Shown here: positions 8,737 through 17,434 of the stretch, one piece after another | How positions within the stretch are numbered: the first letter of the stretch is position 1 | How the letters are laid out: every line of letters starts with the position of its first letter | DNA from: Candidatus Dormibacteria bacterium | Lineage (GTDB): Bacteria > Chloroflexota > Dormibacteria > DASZGP01 | DNA length: 50,046 bases | Reading direction: 5' to 3' | Assembly: GCA_046262515.1 (NCBI GenBank) | Contig: JBHEMP010000083.1 | Coordinates: 1-50,046 of the forward strand | Translations under genes and position numbers: made by a program | The notes under the pieces: model-generated | What the model saw: the letters and a program-made list of their open reading frames with translations, nothing else | What the model was told of the DNA's origin: nothing | The model's database searches: none

Positions 8737-9962
8737 AGGTGCGCCCGAAAATGACGGGCCGTTTCGATTATCTGGTCGTGGGCGCGGGCTTCGCCGGTGC
8801 GGTGCTGGCCGAGCGGCTCGCGCGTGGCGCGGACAAGCGCGTGCTGGTTGTCGACAAGCGGCCGCACATCGGGGGCAACGCATACGACACGTACGACGAC
8901 GCCGGCGTCCTCGTGCACCGCTACGGACCGCACATCTTCCACACCAACTCCGCTGATGTCTTTGAGTACCTCGGGCAGTTCACGGCATGGAGGCAGTACC
9001 AGCACCGCGTGCTGGCATCAGTTGATGGCCAGCTGGTGCCACTACCGATAAACCTAGACACCATCAACCAGTTGTACGGGATGAACCTCGACAGCCGGGG
9101 CGTCGCGGACTTCCTTGCCGGCGTCGCCGAACACCCTGCGGAGGTGCGCACATCTGAGGATGTCGTGGTCGCCCAGGTGGGACGGGAGTTGTACGAGAAA
9201 TTTTTCCGCAACTACACCCGGAAGCAATGGGGCCGAGACCCTTCGGAGCTGGACGCGGCGGTCGCCGCCAGGGTCCCGGCGCGGACCAACCGCGATACGC
9301 GCTACTTCACGGACCGGTACCAGGCCATGCCCCAGCACGGGTTCACCAGGATGTTCGAGCGCATGCTCGACCATCCGAACATAAAGGTGATGCTGAACGC
9401 CGACTGGCGCGAGGTCGACGGCCTCATTCCATATGGTGAGATCATCTACACGGGCCCGGTGGACGAGTTCTTCGAATTTCGGCATGGGCCGCTTCCGTAT
9501 CGGTCCATTGGGTTCCGATTTGAGACCCATGACCGCGAGGTTTTCCAGCCCGCGGCTGTGGTCAACTATCCCAACGACTACGACTACACGCGGATCACGG
9601 AGTTCAAGTACCTGACCGGCCAGGAGCACTCGCGCACGACCGTCGTTTACGAGTACCCGCAGGCGGATGGCGACCCCTACTACCCGATCCCGGATGACGC
9701 CAATGCCCGCCTCTACCGGGAGTACAAAGCCCAGGCCGACGCCACCGCTGGGGTCCATTTCGTGGGACGGCTTGCCACGTACCGCTACTACAACATGGAC
9801 CAGGTGGTGGCCCAGGCGCTGGCAACGTTCAAGCGAATGTCAGACGGCTGGCGGCCGCTCGTTCCTGATCACGGGCCTCCCCAGCGGGTCAGCCTCGCAC
9901 TTGAAGGATCGCGGCGAAACGGCGCCGTTCACAACGGGGCACGCCCCCTGGGAGCAAATTGA
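8733..9962 (+). CDS. glf: UDP-galactopyranose mutase
   Basis: FAD motif DYLVVGAGFAGAVLAERLA, then VLVVDKRPHIGGNAYD, GPHIFHTN, YTRKQWG and the C-terminal GRLATYRYYNMDQ. These are all Glf hallmarks. Confidence 0.9.
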   Translation: MKVRPKMTGRFDYLVVGAGFAGAVLAERLARGADKRVLVVDKRPHIGGNAYDTYDDAGVLVHRYGPHIFHTNSADVFEYLGQFTAWRQYQHRVLASVDGQLVPLPINLDTINQLYGMNLDSRGVADFLAGVAEHPAEVRTSEDVVVAQVGRELYEKFFRNYTRKQWGRDPSELDAAVAARVPARTNRDTRYFTDRYQAMPQHGFTRMFERMLDHPNIKVMLNADWREVDGLIPYGEIIYTGPVDEFFEFRHGPLPYRSIGFRFETHDREVFQPAAVVNYPNDYDYTRITEFKYLTGQEHSRTTVVYEYPQADGDPYYPIPDDANARLYREYKAQADATAGVHFVGRLATYRYYNMDQVVAQALATFKRMSDGWRPLVPDHGPPQRVSLALEGSRRNGAVHNGARPLGAN

Positions 9963-10984
9963 TGTCGACGACTGCCGGCAAGAAGCTCAGCAGCGCGACG
10001 CTTGGTCGCACGACCTACGACATCACCCGCGTCGGCCTTGGCGCCTGGGCAATCGGTGGCGGCGACTGGCAGGGAGGATGGGGACCGCAGGACGACAAGG
10101 AGTCGGTGGCCGCGATTCACCATGCGATAGAGCTTGGTGTGAACTGGATTGACACGGCTCCGGCATATGGTCTTGGCCACGCCGAGGAGGTCGTGGGGCA
10201 GGCTCTGCGGCAGCTGCCGCAGAGCGAGCGGCCGCTGGTCTTCACCAAGTGCGGTCTAGTCTGGAAAGGAGGAGAGCGCACTGTCTCCAACGTCCTGAGC
10301 CCGGAGTCCATCCGCGCGGAGTGCGAGGCTTCGCTCCGCCGGTTGGGCTTTGAGGCCATCGACCTGCTGCAGATCCACTGGCCCGGTGAGGATGGAACCC
10401 CTATTGAGGAGTCCTGGGGGACCATGGGCGCCCTCGTTGACGAGGGCAAGGTACGTCACATCGGGGTGAGCAACTTCGGGGTCGACCTGCTCGAGAAGTG
10501 CGAGGCGATCCGGCACGTGGACACGGTTCAGCCGCAGGTCAACCTGCTGGTGAGAGCCGCGCTGGACGAAATTCTGCCCTGGGCTGAGCGCAACGGTTGT
10601 GGCGTGGTCGCGTACAGCCCCATGCGGTCAGGCCTGCTGACGGGCGCATTTTCCAGCGAACGCGCGGGCAGCCTTGCGGAGGATGACTGGCGGCGGGAGG
10701 ACGCGGACTTCAAGGAGCCCAGGCTGTCCGCCAACCTCTGCCTCGTGGAGAAGCTGCGGGCGACGGCGGACCGGTTGGGTTGCAGTCTTCCGGAGCTGGC
10801 GGTGGCCTGGACACTGGCCTGTCCCGGGGTGACCGCCGCCATCGTGGGCGCGCGGCGCCCGGAGCAGGTCGAAGGCTGGATCGGCGGCGCCACCGTAGAC
10901 CTGGCGGAATCCGACCTGGAAGAGATCTCGAGCGCACTTGAGAGCACAGGGGCCGGCGAGGGCCCGCAACGACCCGTCCGCTGA
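9962..10984 (+). CDS. aldo/keto reductase
   Basis: AKR motifs: GVNWIDTAPAYG, IDLLQIHWP, GKVRHIGVSNF and AYSPMRSGLLTG. The ATG at 9962 (or TTG at 9959) overlaps the glf stop. Confidence 0.85.
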   Translation: MSTTAGKKLSSATLGRTTYDITRVGLGAWAIGGGDWQGGWGPQDDKESVAAIHHAIELGVNWIDTAPAYGLGHAEEVVGQALRQLPQSERPLVFTKCGLVWKGGERTVSNVLSPESIRAECEASLRRLGFEAIDLLQIHWPGEDGTPIEESWGTMGALVDEGKVRHIGVSNFGVDLLEKCEAIRHVDTVQPQVNLLVRAALDEILPWAERNGCGVVAYSPMRSGLLTGAFSSERAGSLAEDDWRREDADFKEPRLSANLCLVEKLRATADRLGCSLPELAVAWTLACPGVTAAIVGARRPEQVEGWIGGATVDLAESDLEEISSALESTGAGEGPQRPVR

Positions 10985-10985
10985 C

Positions 10986-12368
10986 TTGCCCCTCCCCCCG
11001 ATCGAGCTCTACGGCTCCTTCGAGTCGGTGTATCAGCCGGAGTTCGATGTCGACGTCGCCGAGAACACCGGTCACGTCGCGCGGTGGCGCGAGGACCTGG
11101 AGAAGCTAAAGCTTTTCGGCGTGACCTCACTGCGGTACCCGATTCGCTGGCATCGTGTGGAGGCCGAGGAGGGGAGCTTCGACTGGAGGCACACCGACGT
11201 GGTGCTGGGCTGGATGCGCGACAATGGGATGCGTCCGGTGGTCGATCTCGTGCACCATACCAGCCATCCGCGCTGGTTGACGGCCGGCCTTGCCGATCCC
11301 CGGTTCGGCCCCGCGCTCCTGCGCTTCTGCGAACAATTCGCGCGGCGTTATCCATGGGTGCCCGGTTACACGGTCTTCAATGAGCCGTTTACAACGTTTT
11401 TTCTGTGCGGGAGCGAGGCGGTATTTCCACCCCACCTGAGTGGTATGGAAGGCTTCATTTCCCTGGTGCGCAACGTGTTTCCCGCGGTGACAGAAGTGAC
11501 TCGGATGTATCGCGACCTGCTTCCCGGAGCCCGGCACTTTAACGTCGACACCTGCGAGCGGCACAGCGCCGCCACGCCCGCGGCCGCGGAGTACACCGTG
11601 TACGCGAATGATCGCCGGTTCTTCATGACGGACCTGATGCTTGGCGCATATATCGACCACGATCGCCCATTTATTCGCGACATCATTGCCGCCGGCGGTG
11701 AGGACCTTTTGAGCATCGGAGCGGGTCACATCGATGTACTTGGCCTCGACTACTATGCCCATTCGCAATGGCGGTTCTGGGGACCGGGCACGGGTAGCGG
11801 CACGTCGCCCGTGCCCGGTCGTCTTGACGACCTCATCGTCGAGTACTGGGAGCGGTATCGCCTCCCTTGCATGCTCGGCGAGACGAATATCCGCGGCTAT
11901 CCCTCGGACCGTGCCTCCTGGTTCAAATACACCCTCGAGCAGTGCGAGAACGCGCGGGGCCGCGGTGTACCCATGGAGGGATACTGCTGGTTTCCCTTCA
12001 TTGACTCCTGCGACTGGAACTCCTTGCTGCGCCGCGCCGACCGGGCGATCGACCCGGTCGGGGTGTTGTGGCTCGGAAACGACCTCGAGCGACATGAATC
12101 CACGATGTCACATTCTTTCCGCCTCGCCGCCCGAGGTACTTGTGCCCGGGACCTGCCCGCCTACCGCTTCCGCCGCCCGGTGGCTGACTGGGTAGCGGGT
12201 TACGCGGAGCAGATGGCCCACTGGAACTGGCTCGATCCACCAGGGGAACCGGTGTGCACCAACGCGCCTGCCCCGGACGATTGGGTGGCATTCGATCCGG
12301 GGCCCGTCGCGCCCGAACCCGCCATTGGCAACCTGCAAGAGCTCACCGCCGGCGGAGCGCAGGTGTGA
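10986..12368 (+). CDS. GH1-like (clan GH-A) glycoside hydrolase
   Basis: GH1-like pattern: WREDLEKLKLFGVTSLRYPIRWHRVE, VDLVHHTSHPRWL, FNEP (acid/base) and LGETN (nucleophile). The start is uncertain. The TTG at 10986, just after the AKR stop, is preferred over the in-frame 10938. Confidence 0.6.
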   Translation: MPLPPIELYGSFESVYQPEFDVDVAENTGHVARWREDLEKLKLFGVTSLRYPIRWHRVEAEEGSFDWRHTDVVLGWMRDNGMRPVVDLVHHTSHPRWLTAGLADPRFGPALLRFCEQFARRYPWVPGYTVFNEPFTTFFLCGSEAVFPPHLSGMEGFISLVRNVFPAVTEVTRMYRDLLPGARHFNVDTCERHSAATPAAAEYTVYANDRRFFMTDLMLGAYIDHDRPFIRDIIAAGGEDLLSIGAGHIDVLGLDYYAHSQWRFWGPGTGSGTSPVPGRLDDLIVEYWERYRLPCMLGETNIRGYPSDRASWFKYTLEQCENARGRGVPMEGYCWFPFIDSCDWNSLLRRADRAIDPVGVLWLGNDLERHESTMSHSFRLAARGTCARDLPAYRFRRPVADWVAGYAEQMAHWNWLDPPGEPVCTNAPAPDDWVAFDPGPVAPEPAIGNLQELTAGGAQV

Positions 12369-12406
12369 ACCAGGGGCTTTGCGGATCTTTTTGCGGAGGA
12401 ACCTCT

Positions 12407-12460
12407 ATGGTCCAGACAATGAGGTTCGCTAATGCTGCGCGGCCGGGACTGACTGATTGA
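12407..12460 (+). CDS. candidate 17-codon leader mini-ORF
   Basis: GGAGGA at 12395-12400 lies 6 nt before the ATG at 12407. It encodes MVQTMRFANAARPGLTD. Its TGA (12458-12460) overlaps the TTG start (12457) of the next gene as TTGA. Confidence 0.3.
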   Translation: MVQTMRFANAARPGLTD

Positions 12461-12774
12461 TCGACCCAGAAAGCCAAGTTCAGTTCAAGTCAGGGGACAT
12501 ATCACGGCTGCTCCCGGGCGAGTTTCCCGACAGTCAGTATCCCTCCGACATCCACCACTGGGTGGCCGTCTACGAGGAGTTGCTCGAATTGAAACGCGGT
12601 CTCATCGAGGACCTCGAGCAGCGCCTGGCAACAATCGACTCGCCTGCGGCCCGGGCCGAGGCCACGGAGGTGGATCGCCGCCTGCTCGTCCTCCAGAAAG
12701 AGCGCTTCGAGCGACGGCTTGAGTTCTGGAAGGCACGGCGACAGGCCGCCGACAAGATGGAGGTGCCTGGATGA
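12457..12774 (+). CDS. small helical protein, LPxE-W domain paralog A
   Basis: 105 aa carrying LLPGEFPDSQYPSDIHHWVAVYEELLELK...ERRLEFWKARR. It aligns without large gaps to paralog B and to the N-domain of the 1994-2653 regulator. TTG start without its own SD. Confidence 0.6.
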   Translation: MIDPESQVQFKSGDISRLLPGEFPDSQYPSDIHHWVAVYEELLELKRGLIEDLEQRLATIDSPAARAEATEVDRRLLVLQKERFERRLEFWKARRQAADKMEVPG

Positions 12775-13067
12775 GCCAGCAGGACCACGAGATCATCCAG
12801 ATGTTCCTACCGCGGGAGGATCGACACACATCCTCCCTCGAAGTGGCGCACTACTGGGTCAAGACGTACAGCGACCTGATTCCGCTCGAGGAAAATGTCC
12901 TGCGCCACGCCTCCGAGCTGTCGCAACATGGCGATGAAACCTTTCGCGCCGCCGTCGAGATGTCCAACCTGACGCCGTTGAGGGACCTGATCGCCACGCT
13001 CAAGGAGCGTCGCGATTACTGGCAGGATCGTTCGCGGGAGCTGGCGCCCGGGTCGGAGTCGCGATAG
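12771..13067 (+). CDS. small helical protein, LPxE-W domain paralog B
   Basis: 98 aa carrying FLPREDRHTSSLEVAHYWVKTYSDLIPLE...ERRDYWQDRSREL. Its ATG overlaps the stop of paralog A (ATGA). Confidence 0.6.
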   Translation: MSQQDHEIIQMFLPREDRHTSSLEVAHYWVKTYSDLIPLEENVLRHASELSQHGDETFRAAVEMSNLTPLRDLIATLKERRDYWQDRSRELAPGSESR

Positions 13068-13097
13068 GGAGGGTCACGGCTTCCGGCCTGGCTGAGG

Positions 13098-14759
13098 TCA
13101 GGCAGTCGCGGCGGCGGCAGCGCGGCCCGCTGCCCGGCCCGAGAACATGCAGCCACCGAGGAATGTACCCTCCAGAGCCCGGTAGCCGTGCATGCCCCCT
13201 CCACCGAAGCCCGCGACCTCGCCCGCCGCGTACAGCCCCGGAAGAATCTCCCCATCGGGCCGCAGGGCGCGGGCGGAGAGGTCGGTCTGGATGCCGCCGA
13301 GCGTCTTGCGGGTGAGGATGTTGAGCCGGACCGCGATCAGCGGCCCGGCACCAGGGTCGAGGATGCGATGCGGCTTCGCGGTGCGGATGAGACGATCGCC
13401 CCGGTAGAGCCGCGCGCCACGGATGGCGACCATCTGCATGTCCTTGGAAAATGCGTTGTCCACCTCCCGGTCCCGCGCCAGCATCTCGGCCTCGATCCTG
13501 ACGAGATCCAGCAGCGGCTCCGCGGTGAGGGCGTTCATACCCGCGACCAAATCGGCCAAATTGTCACGAACGACGAAATCGACACCGTGTTCCTTGAAGG
13601 CCTCGACCGGTTCGGGCGCCCGGTTCCGGGAGGTTGCGCGCCGCGCGGTGCCGCGCAGGTCCCGGTTGGTCAGGTCCGGGTTCTGTTCTGAACCGGACAG
13701 CGCGAATTCTCGCTTGATGATGCGCTGGTTGAGGATGAACCACGTGTGGGCATGCCCGGTCTTCATGATGTGCTCAAGCGTGCCCAGGGTATCGAAGCCG
13801 GGGTAGAGGGGCACGGGGAGGCGGTTCCCGAGGGCGTCAAACCACATCGAGGACGGCCCCGGCAGGATGCGGATCCCGTGGCCCGGCCAGATCGGGTTCC
13901 AGTTGTGGATGCCCTCGGTGTAATGCCACATCCGGTCGCGGTTTATGAGGTGGGCCCCCGACGACTGGGTGATGGCCAGCATCCGACCGTCCACGTGCGC
14001 CGGGACCCCCGTGATCATGTAGCTGGGTGGGGTGCCCATGCGCGCCGGCCAGTTGCTTCGCACCAGCTCGTGGTTCGCGCCGATCCCGCCGGAGGTGACG
14101 ATCACGGCACCCGCGTGCAGTTCGAAGTCGCCGGAGACGTCCCGCGAGCTGGGGCGGCCCCGTTCCACGTCGCTCGGCGCAAGGATGGCGCCTCGGACGC
14201 CATCGACGCACCCCGCCGTCACGGTCAGTTCGTCTACTCGGTGGCGGAAAAGGAAGCGGACCGCGCCGCTGGCGGCCGCCCCCCGCACCCGGCGCTCGAA
14301 CGGCTCCACGACCCCGGGGCCGGTCCCCCAGGTCACGTGGAAGCGGGGCACGGAGTTGCCGTGACCGATGGCACCGTAGCCGCCGCGCTCCGCCCAGCCC
14401 ACGACGGGAAACCAGCGCATGCCCTGCTGGTGCAGCCAGGACCTCTTCTCGCCGGCGGCAAAGTCGACGTAGGCCTCCGCCCAGCGTCGCGGCCACGCGT
14501 CCTCGTCGCGATCGAACCCGGCCGTGCCCATCCAGTCCTGGAGGGCGAGGTCATAGGAGTCACGAATGCCCATTAACCGCTGCTCGGGGGAGTCCACGAA
14601 GAACAGCCCGCCGAAGGACCAGAAGGCCTGCCCGCCGAGGGACTGCTCCGGCTCCTGGTCGAGCAGCAGCACTCTGCGCCCTGCGTCGGCGGCCTCGGCG
14701 GCTGCCACCAGCCCCGAAAGGCCCGCGCCAACGACTATGACGTCCGCGTCGATCTGCAT
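13098..14759 (-). CDS. FAD-binding dehydrogenase (COG3573-like, FAD_binding_2)
   Basis: N-terminal DVIVVGAGLSGLVAAAEAADAG...LLLDQEP..LGGQAFWSFGGLF and C-terminal LYAAGEVAGFGGGGMHGYRALEGTFLGGCMFSGR. Confidence 0.85.
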   Translation of the reverse strand: MQIDADVIVVGAGLSGLVAAAEAADAGRRVLLLDQEPEQSLGGQAFWSFGGLFFVDSPEQRLMGIRDSYDLALQDWMGTAGFDRDEDAWPRRWAEAYVDFAAGEKRSWLHQQGMRWFPVVGWAERGGYGAIGHGNSVPRFHVTWGTGPGVVEPFERRVRGAAASGAVRFLFRHRVDELTVTAGCVDGVRGAILAPSDVERGRPSSRDVSGDFELHAGAVIVTSGGIGANHELVRSNWPARMGTPPSYMITGVPAHVDGRMLAITQSSGAHLINRDRMWHYTEGIHNWNPIWPGHGIRILPGPSSMWFDALGNRLPVPLYPGFDTLGTLEHIMKTGHAHTWFILNQRIIKREFALSGSEQNPDLTNRDLRGTARRATSRNRAPEPVEAFKEHGVDFVVRDNLADLVAGMNALTAEPLLDLVRIEAEMLARDREVDNAFSKDMQMVAIRGARLYRGDRLIRTAKPHRILDPGAGPLIAVRLNILTRKTLGGIQTDLSARALRPDGEILPGLYAAGEVAGFGGGGMHGYRALEGTFLGGCMFSGRAAGRAAAAATA

Positions 14760-14807
14760 CGCTGCAGGATACGGCCCAGGACGGGATACCGGCTTGGGTC
14801 TCCCGGG

Positions 14808-15014
14808 TCAGGTGTGCTCTGGCAACCCTCGGGGTGTAGGCCGGGTGACTCGCGTTGAACGATGCTGAAGGCGCCCGTTCTCGATGAACTCGACGTCCCA
14901 GCCTTCGGCGACCCACTCGCGAGCCAGCTCCCGTGCCGGCCTCTCGTCCTGGTAGGAACGCGAGGTGGCAAGCGCCTCGTTATCGCGGAAACGTCGAATC
15001 ACCACGAATGCCAT
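14808..15014 (-). CDS. hypothetical small protein
   Basis: 68-aa ORF (MAFVVIRRFRDNEALATSRSYQDERPARELAREWVAEGWDVEFIENG...). No SD and no recognisable family. Coding status is uncertain. Confidence 0.25.
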   Translation of the reverse strand: MAFVVIRRFRDNEALATSRSYQDERPARELAREWVAEGWDVEFIENGRLQHRSTRVTRPTPRGLPEHT

Positions 15015-15127
15015 CTATTGATTTCAGCACATTGTCCCGCGAATTGCGACAATGGCGCACTAATTTGTTGCGATACCGTCACCGTCAAGCAGGCGACTTT
15101 GGCCCCCTCCAGGTGGCGAGCTGGCGT

Positions 15128-15196
15128 GGTGACGAGTTCGAAGTCCGCGATCCCTGGGGGAACCGTCTCCGGCTGCGCCTCCCGGTCAGGGACTGA
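15128..15196 (+). pseudogene. C-terminal remnant of a VOC/glyoxalase-family gene
   Basis: The frame ending at TGA 15194-15196 reads ASWRGDEFEVRDPWGNRLRLRLP, the typical last two strands of a VOC fold (..F.RDPdGN.lEL). No upstream VOC sequence or start is present. Confidence 0.3.
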
Positions 15197-15313
15197 AGAA
15201 CCTGCCCCCGGAGGGCGCCAGGTAGGAAACGCGCACCGTGCCGTCGGGGGGCCCGGTGCCCGCTGCGCTATAGCCCGAACGCGGATTTCCGCCCGCTCAG
15301 GCACAATCTGAGC

Positions 15314-17401
15314 GTGGCGCCCGAGGAACCGCCGGCCCCCCTTCGCATCCTGATCCTGGAGGACAGGGCGGCGGACGCCGAGATCGTCATCAACGCCCTG
15401 CGCCGGTCGGGGTTGGAATTCAGCCACGACCTGGTTCGTGAACGGGCTACCTTCATTGAGGCGCTGGCCCAGGGTCCCGACGTTATCCTCTCCGCCCACA
15501 CCCTGCCCAGGTACGACGTCATCGACGTCCTCCGCGAAGTGAACTCAAGTGGGCGCGACATCCCCGTGATCGTGGTGTCAGGTCAGCTCGGGGACGACGA
15601 GGCCGCGCAGGCGATTCGGGCCGGGGCTTCCGACTACCTGCTCAACGATCGGCTGGGCCGTCTTGGCGCCGCGATCTCGAGGGCGGTCGAGGCGCGGGAG
15701 TTGCGGCAATCGAACCGCCGCTCCATCGCCGGCCTGCGCGAAACCTCGCAGCGGCTGCAGGCCATCTTCGACAACACGGCTGATGGCATCGTCACGGTCA
15801 ACAGTCGGGGCGAGATCGATGCTTCCAACGGCGCGGCGCAGCGGCTCTTCGGGTATACCGGGGACGAGCTGCGCGGGATGCGGGTCCGAGCCCTGGTCTC
15901 GGATACCCAGGTGCCTGAGCTGGATGGCCCGTCCGACGCACATGAGCGGAACGCCACCCCAGTCCCATCGCGCGTGCGGGAGTGCAGCGGACTGCGCAAG
16001 GACGGCTCCGGTGTACCCGTCGAACTGCGCGCAGAGCGCATCCCCCTCCTGGACGGCGAGGTCATGGTGGCGATCTTTCGAGACATCACCGAACGCAAGG
16101 CGTACGTCACGGCGCTGGAGCACCAGGCGCTGCACGACGTCCTGACCGGCCTTCCCAACCGAGCTCTCTTCACCGACAACCTGCGGCGTGCGCTGGCCAT
16201 CGCCGCCCGGGACCGCGAGCGCGTCCCCGTCCTGCTCCTTGGTGTCACGGGGTTCAAGGCCCTGAACGAGTCCTACGGTCACCAGCTGGGGGACGAGCTC
16301 TTGCTTGAGGTGGCGGCTCGCCTGCGCGAGACCCTGCGCGCCTCAGACGTCGCGGCCCGTCTCGAAGGCGACGAGTTCGGGATATTGCCCCACGGCTCCT
16401 TGAGCAACGACCAGGTCCAGCAGGTGGCGAACAAGGTGCTGTCGATCTTCGACCGCGAGTTCGATCTCCGCGGCAGCCGCGTGCATGCCTCCGCGCGGGT
16501 GGGGGTTGCGCTGTACCCGGACCACGCCGCCGACGCCTCGGCGCTGATGCGCTGCGCCGATATCGCGATGTACGGTGCCGGGCGGGAGGCCGTGCGCATG
16601 CTCTGGTACCAGCCCCAGTTGGATCGCTATGCCGCCGACCGCCTGGCCCTGATGTCCGAGCTCAGGGATGCCATAGACGGCAACCAGCTGGTGCTCTACT
16701 ACCAGCCCAAGATCGACCTCCAGCTGCGGCGCGCCGTTGGGGTCGAGGCCCTGCTGCGCTGGAATCACCCCAGCCGGGGCCTGCTGCCGCCCGCGGCGTT
16801 CATCGATGCCGCCGAAGAGAACGACATCATCGTCCCCCTGACGCGCTGGGTTGTCGGCGAGTCATTCCGCCAGCTCGCCGAGTGGAACCAGCGCGGACTG
16901 GGGTTGAAAATGCAGCTCAACCTCTCGGCCCGCAACCTGGTGGACCCCGACGAGGTAGGCCGGACCCTGGCAGACCTCCGGCGGCATGGCCTCTCCGCCG
17001 GGCAGATCGCCATGGAGATCACCGAGCGCAACTTCGCGAGCTCACGCGCCCAGGGCTCGCTCCACGCGCTCCGGGATGCCGGGTTCGGCATCAGCGTGGA
17101 TGACTTCGGTACCGGTTACTCGGCCCTTGCCTACCTCCGGGACATGCCCGCCACTGAGATCAAGATCGACCGCTCCTTCATCTCGGCGATGGCCGCCGAC
17201 CGTGGCGCCATCGTGTCGCCCGTGATCCAGATGGCCCACAACCTGGGCCTCTCCGTGGTGGCCGAGGGCATCGAGCAGCCGGAGACCGCGGCCAGCCTGC
17301 GTGACCTCGGCTGCGATAGCGGGCAGGGGTACCACTTCGGCCGCCCCATGCCCCCCGACGAACTGGAAAAATGGGCGCGAGGGCAACCCGGCTCCGAATG
17401 A
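15314..17401 (+). CDS. response-regulator receiver / PAS / degenerate GGDEF / EAL c-di-GMP protein
   Basis: REC (LRILILEDRAADAE...VIVVSG), PAS (LQAIFDNTADGIVTVN...LFGYTGDEL) and GGDEF domain (HDVLTGLPNR) with A-site EGDEF and RASD five residues upstream. The EAL domain is complete: EALLR, EITER, DDFGTGYS, KIDRSF, EGIE and QGYHFGRP. Confidence 0.9.
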   Translation: MAPEEPPAPLRILILEDRAADAEIVINALRRSGLEFSHDLVRERATFIEALAQGPDVILSAHTLPRYDVIDVLREVNSSGRDIPVIVVSGQLGDDEAAQAIRAGASDYLLNDRLGRLGAAISRAVEARELRQSNRRSIAGLRETSQRLQAIFDNTADGIVTVNSRGEIDASNGAAQRLFGYTGDELRGMRVRALVSDTQVPELDGPSDAHERNATPVPSRVRECSGLRKDGSGVPVELRAERIPLLDGEVMVAIFRDITERKAYVTALEHQALHDVLTGLPNRALFTDNLRRALAIAARDRERVPVLLLGVTGFKALNESYGHQLGDELLLEVAARLRETLRASDVAARLEGDEFGILPHGSLSNDQVQQVANKVLSIFDREFDLRGSRVHASARVGVALYPDHAADASALMRCADIAMYGAGREAVRMLWYQPQLDRYAADRLALMSELRDAIDGNQLVLYYQPKIDLQLRRAVGVEALLRWNHPSRGLLPPAAFIDAAEENDIIVPLTRWVVGESFRQLAEWNQRGLGLKMQLNLSARNLVDPDEVGRTLADLRRHGLSAGQIAMEITERNFASSRAQGSLHALRDAGFGISVDDFGTGYSALAYLRDMPATEIKIDRSFISAMAADRGAIVSPVIQMAHNLGLSVVAEGIEQPETAASLRDLGCDSGQGYHFGRPMPPDELEKWARGQPGSE

Positions 17402-17434
17402 GGGTGGCGAGCCGAAGACACTAGGCTTGGCTCG

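Noticed and set aside
12457-13067. Reading the two small overlapping genes as a type II toxin-antitoxin pair.
   Set aside because: The two proteins are paralogs of each other and of a regulator N-domain, which is not the TA pattern. No toxin fold motifs are visible (PIN, RelE, MazF, HipA, Fic, GNAT-toxin).
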